DNA of 64,000 bases from Spirochaetia bacterium (GTDB lineage Bacteria > Spirochaetota > Spirochaetia > DSM-2461): the NCBI GenBank assembly GCA_963666985.2, contig CAXXIA010000002.1, positions 1,632,001-1,696,000 on the forward strand, read 5' to 3'. The notes under the pieces are model-generated. The model was given only the letters and a program-made list of their open reading frames with translations, searched no databases and was not told where the DNA came from. Positions 18,613 to 29,324 of the stretch are shown piece after piece. A program made the translations under genes and the position numbers. Every line of letters starts with the position of its first letter. Positions within the stretch are counted from its first letter, which is position 1.

Positions 18613-19617
18613 GTGTTGGGTAATAAAAGATATGAAATTGTAACTTTTCTACGCGGCTTCTCAATATTAGCAATAATCTTATTTCACTATTTAATGTATG
18701 CCAATCTTAAGCCTCCCTTTAACAAGTTAATATATGGAGGAGGAACCGGCGTTCATGTGTTTATTCTCTTATCCGGCTTTGGACTATACCTTTCAGACAA
18801 AAAAAATCCTTTACCGTTTTTTCATTTTTTGAAGAAGCGTTTAGTCAAAATATATATACCATATATAATTATTGTCTCCCTAACTGCATTGATATCTTTT
18901 TTTATTCCTCTTTATAAAAACTCAATGCATGCCTTCCTTGGTCATATTTTTTTATATAAAATGTTTGATGAAGCCATAATTGGTTCATATGGATATCCAT
19001 TATGGTTTATTTCGATGCTAATACAGTTCTATTTATTGTTTAAAGTTTTTGTTTTTTTTATAAAAAAATTTCCAACAATTCTTTTCTTTACTATTTGTTT
19101 GATATTATCAATATTTTGGTCTTTTATCGTAATTCGAACAGGACATTCCACTGTAAGAGTTTGGAATAGCTTCTTTCTGCAATATTTATGGGAATTTTCC
19201 TTAGGAATGATATTAGCAGATAAGATAACGAACCTTGAAGAAATTGTTATCCGCATCAAAAATAGAAAGCCGCCTTTATTTACTTTGTTTTTTCTGCTAA
19301 TTGGAATATCAGCTTGTATAATTTATGGATATTTAGCAATAAAAACTGGAACAATAGGCAAAACTTTAAATGATATACCTGCCCTATTTGGATTCTCTTT
19401 TATAGCTATATTTATATATTTATTGAATATTAAGCCAATTATTCGTTTCCTTCATTTTACAGGAGAGATATCATTTCAAATATATTTATTGCATATGCTT
19501 ATATTTGACTTATTTACTTTTTTTTACTCACCCTCTATTGTATCAATTATGTTTTCACTTCTCTTAAGTTATATATTAGGATTCTATTTTAAGAAGTTAT
19601 CAGATAGATTTTTTTAA
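18613..19617 (+). CDS. Acyltransferase-3 family membrane protein
   Basis: LRGFSILAIILFH, GVHVFILLSGFGL, KRLVKIY, LWFIS, GEISFQIYLLH; very AT-rich. Confidence 0.85.
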   Translation: MLGNKRYEIVTFLRGFSILAIILFHYLMYANLKPPFNKLIYGGGTGVHVFILLSGFGLYLSDKKNPLPFFHFLKKRLVKIYIPYIIIVSLTALISFFIPLYKNSMHAFLGHIFLYKMFDEAIIGSYGYPLWFISMLIQFYLLFKVFVFFIKKFPTILFFTICLILSIFWSFIVIRTGHSTVRVWNSFFLQYLWEFSLGMILADKITNLEEIVIRIKNRKPPLFTLFFLLIGISACIIYGYLAIKTGTIGKTLNDIPALFGFSFIAIFIYLLNIKPIIRFLHFTGEISFQIYLLHMLIFDLFTFFYSPSIVSIMFSLLLSYILGFYFKKLSDRFF

Positions 19618-19924
19618 TATAATTCTTTTAGCAAATCATAATGGATACCCAAGGAAAGAAATCAAATTCAAGGGAATTGCTGCGAAATATTGATAATTAG
19701 AGCGGAAGGTGAAACGGCTTTGTTTGAATATAATATAGGAGATAAGATTTAATGCCCATTAAAAATACTTTTTTGCATAATATCCTAATCGTTTATTCAT
19801 ACAATGCTTTTTAATGATTTAGTTTCTATTACAAAAAATGTAATATACCTTGAAAAGGATTTTTTTTGTAGTATTTTTTCTAATAATGAAATGATTGTTA
19901 AAGGATGACTATAGTAATTATATT

Positions 19925-21043
19925 ATGAAAATATGTACTATTACTTGCCATAATGTCTATAATTATGGAGCGACGCTTCAAACTGTTGCGTTATATCAAT
20001 ATTTAAAATCTTGTGGCTATGAAGTTGAAATTATTGATTACAGGCCTTCCTGGCTGAATAGAAGATATAACCTCTGGATGAGAGGCGGCAAATGGAAAAG
20101 AAGATCTGTTTTTGTCCAGCTTCTTTACTATTTTCTATTTGTACCCCTCAGACATGTCAAATGGAAAGGAATGCGTCGATTCGATACATATTCTTTAAAA
20201 AATTTTAAAACAACAGCTCGAGAGTATCACGACTTTCGTGAACTTTCACTTGATACACCCATTGCTGATGTTTATATCGTCGGAAGCGATCAGGTATGGA
20301 ATCCGGAAACAAGCGGTTACTTTGATCCGGCTTTTTTCCTTGGTTTTGTTCCTGAAGGAAAAATTAAACTTTCATATGCGGCCAGTTTTGGTGTATCGGA
20401 TATAGTTCCCGAATTACGTCCTATTCTCAAAAGCTATTTATCATCATTCACGGGGATTTCTGTACGAGAATCAATCGGTCTGAAGATACTTGAATCTTCC
20501 GGAATTATGAATGCCACAACGACTGTTGACCCTGTTTTTCTTTTAGATTCGGCTTTATGGAGTTCGATGGCGGCAAAAAGGGTTTCAGACGTACCTTATC
20601 TTCTGGTTTATGATTTTGAAAATAATCCGATGATTGAAAAAATTGTTAAAAATTATGCTGAAACGAATAATTACAAAATTTATTCTGTAAACAACTATAG
20701 TAAAACTCATTTTGCGGATATGGATTTTAATGAGACCGGACCGGATGTTTTTCTTTCCCTTATTATTCACGCGGAAAGTATCTTTACCAACTCTTTTCAT
20801 GCAACAGCTTTTTCGATTATTTTTAGAAAAAATTTTTATGTTTTTAACCGTATTCATTCCGAAATAAATTCCCGAATATTGAATATTTTAGAATTGTGTA
20901 ATCTTTCGGATAGGCTCATAACCGATGATGAATCTATTCCCGCTAAAGTTGAAGATGAACGGTTTCAAGATGCTATTTCGCGTTTATCTCCTTGCATTCA
21001 GGCATCAAAGGATTTCCTTAAAACCAACATTCGCTCTTCTTAG
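19925..21043 (+). CDS. Polysaccharide pyruvyl transferase family protein
   Basis: NYGATLQ, VGSDQVWN, SYAASFG, SVRE, DPVFLL, TNSFH; likely start MKICTIT at 19925. Confidence 0.88.
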   Translation: MKICTITCHNVYNYGATLQTVALYQYLKSCGYEVEIIDYRPSWLNRRYNLWMRGGKWKRRSVFVQLLYYFLFVPLRHVKWKGMRRFDTYSLKNFKTTAREYHDFRELSLDTPIADVYIVGSDQVWNPETSGYFDPAFFLGFVPEGKIKLSYAASFGVSDIVPELRPILKSYLSSFTGISVRESIGLKILESSGIMNATTTVDPVFLLDSALWSSMAAKRVSDVPYLLVYDFENNPMIEKIVKNYAETNNYKIYSVNNYSKTHFADMDFNETGPDVFLSLIIHAESIFTNSFHATAFSIIFRKNFYVFNRIHSEINSRILNILELCNLSDRLITDDESIPAKVEDERFQDAISRLSPCIQASKDFLKTNIRSS

Positions 21044-21088
21044 TATTTTTGTCTCTATTTTGAATTCTGCAATAAAAGAGAATATGTT

Positions 21089-22417
21089 TTGAAAAATAAA
21101 TCGATCGTTAAGGCTACAATTTTTGTAACGATAAGCTATGGGCTTTCCTTGATTTTTAGGTTCGCTAATAACCTTATATTAACTCGACTTCTTGTCCCCG
21201 AGTATTTTGGCCTGATGACCCTGGCCAACATTTTTTTACAAGGATTGGTTCTATTTTCGGATATTGGTTTGGCACCGGCTATAATTCGAAGTTCTAAATC
21301 ACATGATGAACTATATCTCAATACCGCTTGGACTATACAGATCTTTCGCGGAGTAATTCTTGGTTTACTGGCAACCATTATTGCTATTCCCGCTTCTTTG
21401 TTTTATGAAGAATCAATTCTTGGAAAAATATTGCCGGTACTTGGTTCAATATTTATTTTTAATGGTTTTAATTCAATACAGCTTATACTTTGTGACCGTG
21501 ATTTCAAACAGGGATTATTATCCTTAGTCAATTTGATATCACAAATTATTAGTATGGCTGTAATGATCTTATTGGCTTATTTAACAAAATCTATTTGGTC
21601 TTTGGTTATCGGCAATATTGTTGCGGCCGTATGTACTCTGATTTCAAGTTTCCTTATTCCAACTTCACATAAATTGCGTATTAAATTTGATAAGTCTTCC
21701 GCAAAAGAAATTGTATCTTTTGGAAAATGGGTGTTTATCTCTACCGCTTCGATGTTTATGGCGTCTCAGTTTGATAAATTTTTTATAGGGAAAAAATTTC
21801 CCATGGCAATTTTAGGTGTGTATGGAATTGCTTCAATGTTTGCGGATCTTCCAAAGCAATTTTTTACAGTATTAAAATCTAAAATATTATTTCCGGTAAC
21901 AAATACATTTCGCGATAAATCTAATATTGAAATCCGAAATCTCCTGAGAAAACCCAGAAGCCAAATTCTGATAATTCTTGCAACAATGGTTGCCGTTATT
22001 GCTGGTTTTGGTGATTTCATTATTATAAAACTTTATGATTTTCGATACCATGAAGCCGCTTGGATGCTTCCCCTTCTCGTTGTCGGAACTTGGCCCTATA
22101 TTGTCCATTCAACAAATAGCAGTTCTTTGTACGTAATAGGCAAACCACAATTTGCAGCATATGGCAACATTGCAAAACTCGCTTATATGATCCTAATAAT
22201 TCCAATAGTATTCAGAATGTTTGGAATTTTTGGAACTGTTGTTGCTGTAGCACTCAATGATATACCTTTCTATATTATTATAAATATTGGTTTGTATAGA
22301 GAGAATATGTCTGAAATTACTCGAGATTTACTATTAACTTTATATTTAATCTGTTTGACGGCTGTGCTTATAGCAATACGTTACGCTCTTGGATTTGGTA
22401 TTCCTGGAATTGGTTGA
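21089..22417 (+). CDS. wzx: Oligosaccharide flippase (Wzx)
   Basis: LTRLLVPEYFGL, FSDIG, FGKW, LGVYGIA; about 12 TM segments. Confidence 0.85.
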   Translation: MKNKSIVKATIFVTISYGLSLIFRFANNLILTRLLVPEYFGLMTLANIFLQGLVLFSDIGLAPAIIRSSKSHDELYLNTAWTIQIFRGVILGLLATIIAIPASLFYEESILGKILPVLGSIFIFNGFNSIQLILCDRDFKQGLLSLVNLISQIISMAVMILLAYLTKSIWSLVIGNIVAAVCTLISSFLIPTSHKLRIKFDKSSAKEIVSFGKWVFISTASMFMASQFDKFFIGKKFPMAILGVYGIASMFADLPKQFFTVLKSKILFPVTNTFRDKSNIEIRNLLRKPRSQILIILATMVAVIAGFGDFIIIKLYDFRYHEAAWMLPLLVVGTWPYIVHSTNSSSLYVIGKPQFAAYGNIAKLAYMILIIPIVFRMFGIFGTVVAVALNDIPFYIIINIGLYRENMSEITRDLLLTLYLICLTAVLIAIRYALGFGIPGIG

Positions 22418-22523
22418 TATCACCTTTATTATCTTTTAAACGTATTGCCGGTAGAAACAAACAACTGATCTGCGTGTGGATTGATTAAGAATTTAGCTAT
22501 TGCCCATAAATTCCAATCATTTT

Positions 22524-23924
22524 TTATACCGGATTACTCTCTCTAGAATCTACAGCTTTTTCGCTTAAAGCACTTTTGTTCTCGGTTAATCCCTTTTGTG
22601 GTCTGTTTTTTATGGCAAATCCTAATAGCGATCCGACAAGAAGGTAAAGAATCTGGTTGTGTGTAGCATTGAGAAGTTTATCTGAAGTAAATAACAAAGC
22701 AATAGAGATAAGAGGAATAAGTGTACTCTTAAGAAAGCCTGATTCGTAGGTTCTCTTGATGAGTGTGCGGTTTTTCAAAATTAAAAATGGCCCTAATAAA
22801 AGAGAAAGAAAAAACGCGGTTAACCCAACATAGCCATACGTATTGGAAATAATGACAAAGAGAGAGTCTACCATTGGAAGAGCAAGATCGCCTGTCTGCT
22901 GATTTATCGGCCAGCCCCGATTATATCCACCCCAACCGAATAAGGGTCTTAGCTTTGTTCGCTCTCCGAAAAGATCTTCTTGTAACAAACGCCAGGTTAA
23001 AGAGCTGATTCTATCACCGTCGTACACATGACTTAAAAGTTCGAGGATATCATTAATAGTAATGAGATTTAACGTTCGGACAATTATATATGTAACGATT
23101 ATGAGAATATACAGCTTGAAAAATACAAGTGTTTGAAAATGTTTCCATATAAAGAACATAAGAAGTATTAGGAACAGATACGTCCAAACCCCAACCGATT
23201 TACAAAGGATGGTTATGGCCAGTAATACCAGAACCACAAACCATGAAGGCATTTTTGCAATTTTATCATTATCAGAATCCCCACTCCTCCATAACGCACA
23301 AACAAATGCGGACATCATCCAAAAAGCTACTATTATTCCATGTTCCAAGAAGATAACCGGACGGTATCCTCCATAACGAATTTGCTGCGCAAATGAAAAA
23401 GGAGCGAATCCATAAATCATTCTATGAAGGCTTGGACTCATCCGTAACTCAAAAAGAGCCAGGGGAACATAAATCAAACCTCCGATAATAATTGCTTTAC
23501 TTAAAGCATCAAGACTATCGTCGCTTGTCAGGTATCGCCTACCGGTCCAATAGACAACACCCCAACGGAAGATATTACTGAGAACCCCTGATATCCCGTC
23601 GTATAATCCAAGCCGATTCGACAGAGACGTAAGAATCGGCGAAAAAACGCATAAAACCAACATCGGAAAATCCCATTTGGTAAAACCGGGGATTCTGACC
23701 GAGAATTTTTCTTTGGAAAACTGAATACCAATCAATATTCCCAAAGAGACCGCCATATCTTTGTTATAAGCGGGAATTACCGGTATATCATAAGAAGCGG
23801 CGGGTAGAAAAAGGACTCCGCCGATAATGGATAGGAGTATAGCTTTGTTCAAGGGATATCGAGAAAAAAAGACGCTACAAACCAGTGGCCAACCGAACAA
23901 AACGATAGGTACAAGTGGTGTCAT
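22524..23924 (-). CDS. O-antigen ligase / Wzy-type polymerase family membrane protein
   Basis: Polytopic membrane protein with RYGGYRPVIFLEHG, SSLTWR and RPLFGWGG motifs, inside the polysaccharide locus. Confidence 0.7.
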   Translation of the reverse strand: MTPLVPIVLFGWPLVCSVFFSRYPLNKAILLSIIGGVLFLPAASYDIPVIPAYNKDMAVSLGILIGIQFSKEKFSVRIPGFTKWDFPMLVLCVFSPILTSLSNRLGLYDGISGVLSNIFRWGVVYWTGRRYLTSDDSLDALSKAIIIGGLIYVPLALFELRMSPSLHRMIYGFAPFSFAQQIRYGGYRPVIFLEHGIIVAFWMMSAFVCALWRSGDSDNDKIAKMPSWFVVLVLLAITILCKSVGVWTYLFLILLMFFIWKHFQTLVFFKLYILIIVTYIIVRTLNLITINDILELLSHVYDGDRISSLTWRLLQEDLFGERTKLRPLFGWGGYNRGWPINQQTGDLALPMVDSLFVIISNTYGYVGLTAFFLSLLLGPFLILKNRTLIKRTYESGFLKSTLIPLISIALLFTSDKLLNATHNQILYLLVGSLLGFAIKNRPQKGLTENKSALSEKAVDSRESNPV

Positions 23925-23983
23925 CTGGCTCTAATCATAGCAGGAAGTTCCTCATAGCGTCGATGACACCCTTTATATTATCC

Positions 23984-25609
23984 CTATCGAGAAGTATTGA
24001 TATCTATAAGTGCTTGGTACTTCGGGGCATCATAGAATATCGCGTTCTCAACCTGATCAAGATTTTCCAAATGTCCCCAGGAGCCCCAGATAGAACAGCG
24101 CTCACTCATTAATCGATAGGCCATAAACAGCTGACAATCGACTTCAGGTTCTATATGCACTGAAAAGTTATACATATAGAGATCATACATTTGCGGGCTA
24201 ACTTGGAAATCGTAAAGATTATCGGTGTAACTCCACGATTCACTGTGATCCCGCAGAACCATATGCTGGCCGCCTTCATATATAATATATGGAACTCCAT
24301 ATTTATTGGCGACCGCCGCGGACAAACGCGTCCATCCGGCAACTTCTTCCATACGGGATTTCATATCCTGGTACATTTGTTCATAGGTAAGAGATGAGCC
24401 TGCGGTTAGCCAGCTGTTGTGCTGTTCGTCCCCATAGGGGAAATATCCCGCGACGCTCAACATATCACAGCCGCCGCCGTCGACATCGAAAAGATACTTC
24501 ATCATCCTTTCGGTGTTTCCCGCCCACGCCTGTTGACCGGTTGCGACACGGATAACCCTGCTTCCTTGTGCGCCGAAAACATCCTTCCAAATCTCAAAAG
24601 TCCTTGCCATCATATAACCGTGCTTCTCAGGAAGACCTGCGAGGCTCGACAGAGCGGATGTAATATAGGAATCCGCGGATCCGGGGGCATTCTGGTAGAC
24701 CCATGTCGTTTGCTCAAATCCCCAATTCCAGACTTCGTTGGAATATTCGAGATAGATATTAAGTCCCGAATCAAGATTGTCACGCCAGAGTTCGGCCATC
24801 TGGGTGATATAGTCGTCGGAGGCCATATGCGGAACGCAAATCCAGGCATCGGCTTGAAGCTCGTTACACAACTCAATCGCACACTCGTAAGAGGCACCGA
24901 ACTGAGTGCTCTGGGAAATCCAATCCTCTGGGGTTCTATCGGACCATTCAACTTCTTCCGAATTATTGGTTGCACAGAAATCCATAAAACGCAAAGCATG
25001 GAAGGGTTCCAGCGCATCGAGATAGGCTTGCTGAAAGGTTGGAACGGTATCACTCTCTTCATATTGTTCCGGAACGATTCGAAGATTCCTTACATGATCA
25101 CTCTCTTGGCTTGAAAGAATATAAATAACCGTATTTGAACCCGAACCGTCCAAATCGATATAATATCCCTTGGTATCCTGCCGCAATTTCGTTCCTTCGA
25201 ACTCTCCAACACCGTCGTAAAAGAGCCTGTAGCGACCACTATAGTAATTATTAATTACAATACGAAGATCCTCCCATCCCGATTGTGGAAAATAGGTAGG
25301 ATAACCTTGCTCATCAATTTCCAGAACCTCGTAATATTCGCTCGATTTGTCACCGACATAGATTGAGGCCGATTTCATTAAATCGGTAAAAATCAGATTG
25401 GGGGACCAGTAGGATTCTGTGTCGATATTCATACCGATTGGAATCTGATTGTAAATCGGATCCGGATGCTCAAAATCCCCTGTTGTTTCGGAGTCTTCGT
25501 CTCCGGAAGAAATATGGATACCCCAGGGTGGTGATATCGTTTGAGCCGAGAGAGCCGTCTGTGCAAGAATTGTTAGGATTGTAAGGAAATAACACTTATT
25601 GAATCTCAT
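23984..25609 (-). CDS. Secreted putative glycoside-hydrolase-like (TIM-barrel) protein
   Basis: Signal peptide after AAGGAG RBS (ATG 25609); LRFMD, DAWICVPH, YLEYSNEVWN and YEGGQH motifs. Confidence 0.6.
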   Translation of the reverse strand: MRFNKCYFLTILTILAQTALSAQTISPPWGIHISSGDEDSETTGDFEHPDPIYNQIPIGMNIDTESYWSPNLIFTDLMKSASIYVGDKSSEYYEVLEIDEQGYPTYFPQSGWEDLRIVINNYYSGRYRLFYDGVGEFEGTKLRQDTKGYYIDLDGSGSNTVIYILSSQESDHVRNLRIVPEQYEESDTVPTFQQAYLDALEPFHALRFMDFCATNNSEEVEWSDRTPEDWISQSTQFGASYECAIELCNELQADAWICVPHMASDDYITQMAELWRDNLDSGLNIYLEYSNEVWNWGFEQTTWVYQNAPGSADSYITSALSSLAGLPEKHGYMMARTFEIWKDVFGAQGSRVIRVATGQQAWAGNTERMMKYLFDVDGGGCDMLSVAGYFPYGDEQHNSWLTAGSSLTYEQMYQDMKSRMEEVAGWTRLSAAVANKYGVPYIIYEGGQHMVLRDHSESWSYTDNLYDFQVSPQMYDLYMYNFSVHIEPEVDCQLFMAYRLMSERCSIWGSWGHLENLDQVENAIFYDAPKYQALIDINTSR

Positions 25610-25652
25610 GCTCTTTACTCCTTGCATGTAAAGTAATCTATCCCTTAGGTAG

Positions 25653-25668
25653 TGCAAAAACCGCGCCA
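25653..25668 (-). promoter_or_regulatory. sigma54 (-24/-12) promoter
   Basis: Minus strand TGGCGCG-GTTT-TTGCA matches TGGCACG-N4-TTGCW with exact GG-N10-GC spacing, about 45 nt upstream of ATG 25609. Confidence 0.75.
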
Positions 25669-25968
25669 CTTTTTCTAATATCATTTCATTCGAAAACCGC
25701 TTTGATCGGTTCCAGAGAAGGAACCAAATCATTCTTCATATTACGATTCCGTAATGTGGTTACAGACCTCTCGAATTTCATTTCCTGACTTGAAAATCAC
25801 TCAAATAAATAGTTTTCGGCACTATTATTACAAACATGAAAATTCAACGCTTCACGGTGCATCTCCCAAAAAAGATTCCGATTATCAAGATTGAGCAAAA
25901 GCAAGCATTGAAAAGAAAAATCACCTAACGGTCGTTGAAACCGAAGAAGGGAAGTATAATAGGAAATC

Positions 25969-26634
25969 ATGAAACGAAATACTGTCCTCATTTTTTTTCT
26001 TTTTCTCCTTTCTTCGGGAGTGTTCGCTCAAAGCACATACCTTCCGCTTGGTCTTAACGGAACCTCTTTCGAAATTTCATCGCAGTTTAACGAAACCGGA
26101 ATTCAAAACGTTATGTTTGATACCGGATATTCAATCGGCGGCCGAATGGACCTCAGTCTTCTCGGCGGTGTTCAATTTGAAACCATTGACGGTAATGAAG
26201 AGGTAATTCCGTCGTTTACGTTCAAATACGACATAATCATGATTAAGCAGCAAAAATCGGTTCCCTTCTCGGTAAAAGCCGGTTTGGGGATAGGATTTTC
26301 AAGTTCCCTGAAAGACAACCGATCGATTTTCGGCACCGATTATGGTTATAATATGCAACTGACGCGCTCCTTTTCCATTCATCGCCTCTATTTAGGATTA
26401 AACGGCCTTTTCGAATACAATCGCATCCTTTACGAAATCCGCAGCCCGGCCTCGGCGGAAGATCCAACCTCAACCTTGCGTTTACATACCTTTTGCTATG
26501 GATTCGCCCTTGATCTCGGCTATAAGTATTCCAATGAAAACATGATTTTACTCCGGGGTGATTTCCTGTTTAATCAAGACGCTCAGTTTAATATCCGACT
26601 CAAAGTCATACTGCTGGTTCCTTCGGCAAAGTAG
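25969..26634 (+). CDS. Hypothetical exported protein, possible beta-barrel
   Basis: Signal peptide MKRNTVLIFFLFLLSSGVFA; amphipathic strand pattern. Confidence 0.55.
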   Translation: MKRNTVLIFFLFLLSSGVFAQSTYLPLGLNGTSFEISSQFNETGIQNVMFDTGYSIGGRMDLSLLGGVQFETIDGNEEVIPSFTFKYDIIMIKQQKSVPFSVKAGLGIGFSSSLKDNRSIFGTDYGYNMQLTRSFSIHRLYLGLNGLFEYNRILYEIRSPASAEDPTSTLRLHTFCYGFALDLGYKYSNENMILLRGDFLFNQDAQFNIRLKVILLVPSAK

Positions 26635-26646
26635 TACCGAAAAATA

Positions 26647-27585
26647 TTATATTTGCCACTCCAAGTACCATCCGGAAGTAGGATCTGCCGTAGTATCCAG
26701 ACATGAATGGATTTCACTGACCTCTCCCGAATCACCTATTGATTTCAAACCGAAGTCCCAGCTGCCGGCGCCAAGATCTGTTGCGGAAGAATAAATCGTA
26801 TATTCAAGAGTATCATTCGACCGAATTTCCCCCAAGAAATCCCAATCAAAGGATCCATGCTCACGATAATAAAGTTCGTACAACACGATATCTTCATCAT
26901 CTACCGGGGCGCTCCAAGAAAGAGTAAAGTGATCGTCGGTAATCTCAACTACTTCATATGGCGAATAAATCGTATAAATTAAAGGATAAAAACCCGAGGC
27001 ATTTCCCGTTGTATCAACGGCATAAGCCTCCAGAGTATATTCACCGAGACTCAACGTCCCGTATACATCCAAGGTGGAGCCGGTTCCCACGAGATCTCCA
27101 TCTTCATACCAGAAATAGGAATAACTTCCACTGCCTCCCGCGGCAATGCTTTCGGCCAGATACTGCTTCCCGACGCCAACATAGGCCGGAAGATCATCAA
27201 TGGAAACCTGAAGCGTATCGGTTTCCATAAGAAAAACCGATACGCTTTGACTAACGGTTTTTCGGCTCTCCGCTTGAATTGTTTCAGATGCAAATCCAAG
27301 GAGAACGGAGTCCTCGTCACGAACCAGAACCGAGAATTCCCATTCCCCGTCAAGCAGACCTCGAAAAACAATGTTTCCCCATTCCTGGTCTTCGGCCGTA
27401 AGAATCGTACCATCCGGACCCTGGGCAAAAACATCGGCCGAATAAACATTCAAAGAGGCATCCCCGGCGGAAAGATCCAATTCAACAACACCGCCGAAGG
27501 CTCTCATTAAGTCGGTAAAACCACATGAGGAAAGCATAACGGTGAATAGAATCCAACATAGAAATAAATATATATTACTTCTCAT
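26647..27585 (-). CDS. Hypothetical lipoprotein with Ig/fibronectin-III-like domains
   Basis: Lipobox MLSSC after GGGAGG RBS (ATG 27585); FTLSWSAP...YELYYR is Fn3-like. Confidence 0.65.
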   Translation of the reverse strand: MRSNIYLFLCWILFTVMLSSCGFTDLMRAFGGVVELDLSAGDASLNVYSADVFAQGPDGTILTAEDQEWGNIVFRGLLDGEWEFSVLVRDEDSVLLGFASETIQAESRKTVSQSVSVFLMETDTLQVSIDDLPAYVGVGKQYLAESIAAGGSGSYSYFWYEDGDLVGTGSTLDVYGTLSLGEYTLEAYAVDTTGNASGFYPLIYTIYSPYEVVEITDDHFTLSWSAPVDDEDIVLYELYYREHGSFDWDFLGEIRSNDTLEYTIYSSATDLGAGSWDFGLKSIGDSGEVSEIHSCLDTTADPTSGWYLEWQI

Positions 27586-27611
27586 TGTATCCCTCCCGGA
27601 TACAACCAATA

Positions 27612-27627
27612 AGCAAAATCTGTACCA
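27612..27627 (-). promoter_or_regulatory. sigma54 (-24/-12) promoter
   Basis: Minus strand TGGTACA-GATT-TTGCT with exact GG-N10-GC spacing, upstream of ATG 27585 and just downstream of the NtrC-family gene. Confidence 0.72.
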
Positions 27628-27699
27628 GTCCGCATTTGCTTTAAAACCGGCTTTAAGGCTTCCGGAATTACATTATTGAAACGGAATCATACATGGTGA

Positions 27700-29106
27700 T
27701 TACAAATCTGTATTCATCTCGGTACTGGAATTCACAATCCACTTTTCATGGGTTATTTCAAATCTCTTTATTTTGTAATTAAGAACTCTCGGTGAAATAT
27801 TCAGCAATGCGGCCGCTTTCTTTTGAACCCACCCTGTGGCTTCCAACGCCTGGATAATCAGAGAGCGTTCAACCTCTTCCAAATGAATTCCCTCTTCCGG
27901 AATAACGAAAGGAGAATTTGAGATATTCGGCTGCTTTTCAAGTTCATCGGATTTTTCCAATCCCAAATCGGAAATGCTTACAAATTCTTCCTCCGCAAAG
28001 AGCACCGCTCTTTCAACGCAATTCTTTAATTCCCGGATATTCCCCGGCCAAGAATGACGCGTTAATACATCTTCGGCTCTATATTCAAACCCGAGAATGT
28101 ATCGATTCATCGAGGATGAAAACTTCCCAAGAAAATGCCTGGCCAAAGGCAGGATATCTTCCGTTCTCGACCGTAAAGGCGGCAGATGAAAGGAAACAAC
28201 ATTGAGCCGATAAAAGAGATCCTCACGAAAACGACCGGATTTAATTTCTTCCTGAAGATTTTTGTTCGTCGCTGAAATAACACGAACATCAACTTTGATT
28301 GTTCGATTACTCCCGACACGTTCGAACTCTTGCTCCTGCAAGACTCGAAGAACTTTTGCCTGCGTCCGAAGACTCATGTCCCCAATCTCATCGAGAAAAA
28401 TCGTCCCTCCGTTCGCCTGCTCGAACCTTCCCTGACGACTGTTGACGGCTCCTGTAAAAGCGCCTTTCTCATGCCCAAAAAGTTCCGTTTCCAATAAATC
28501 CTCATGCAGGGCGGCGCAGTTTACACGGACAAAGGCATGTTTCCGTCGAAGACTGTTATAATGAATTACGCCGGCGATAACTTCCTTTCCGGTTCCCGAT
28601 TCACCTAAAAGAAGAACGCTCGAATCACTTCGGGCGACTTTGTTAACCCCTTTGAGAATTTCCTGAAATTCGGGGCTGTGACCGACCAAATCCCCGCTCC
28701 AATAGATTAAATCCCTATCTCCCCTGAGGTTTTGTGTTTCTAATTTTAATCGTTTATAGCGAACCGCCGTTTCTACTCTGTTATAGAGACTCCCGAGCTT
28801 ATAGGGCTTCGTAAGAGCATCGAATCCTCCCTGGTGCACTAAGGAAACGGCATTGGCCGTAAAATCTTCATCATGAACCAGAATGGACATAATTTCCTCG
28901 TTATCGTCCAGAAAACTCTTAACGGCATTATCTTTCATTCCGCCATCAATATCGATTACGGCAACATCAAAGAGGCTCTTTTGAGTAAGAGTTCGAGCCT
29001 CTTCCAATGTTTTCGCCGTTGATACGGAATAGCCGTCCAAAGAGAAAAAGCTGGTAAGACGTCTTTGCTGATCCGCATCCGCGGAAATGACAAGAAGCGA
29101 ATTCAT
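27700..29106 (-). CDS. sigma54-dependent response regulator (NtrC family, REC-AAA+-HTH)
   Basis: GESGTGKE, ELFGHEKGAFTGA, FLDEIGD, WPGNIREL, C-terminal Fis-type HTH; N-terminal receiver-like domain. Confidence 0.95.
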   Translation of the reverse strand: MNSLLVISADADQQRRLTSFFSLDGYSVSTAKTLEEARTLTQKSLFDVAVIDIDGGMKDNAVKSFLDDNEEIMSILVHDEDFTANAVSLVHQGGFDALTKPYKLGSLYNRVETAVRYKRLKLETQNLRGDRDLIYWSGDLVGHSPEFQEILKGVNKVARSDSSVLLLGESGTGKEVIAGVIHYNSLRRKHAFVRVNCAALHEDLLETELFGHEKGAFTGAVNSRQGRFEQANGGTIFLDEIGDMSLRTQAKVLRVLQEQEFERVGSNRTIKVDVRVISATNKNLQEEIKSGRFREDLFYRLNVVSFHLPPLRSRTEDILPLARHFLGKFSSSMNRYILGFEYRAEDVLTRHSWPGNIRELKNCVERAVLFAEEEFVSISDLGLEKSDELEKQPNISNSPFVIPEEGIHLEEVERSLIIQALEATGWVQKKAAALLNISPRVLNYKIKRFEITHEKWIVNSSTEMNTDL

Positions 29107-29324
29107 TTCGCCAATAACTTTATAGACACCCGAATAACAATCTCAACCTTCAATACTATTCTGAACTAAAATAACACTTAAGATGGCGGATATCCATGAA
29201 AGTCTTGTTTTTTTACAGTTCTATTTGTGTTTTCTCTGTTGGTAATTTATAACAATGTGATATTTTTTATAATAAGTTTCATCTTTTTTACTCTTTCAGT
29301 TGGTGTTACTTAAGGATATACATC

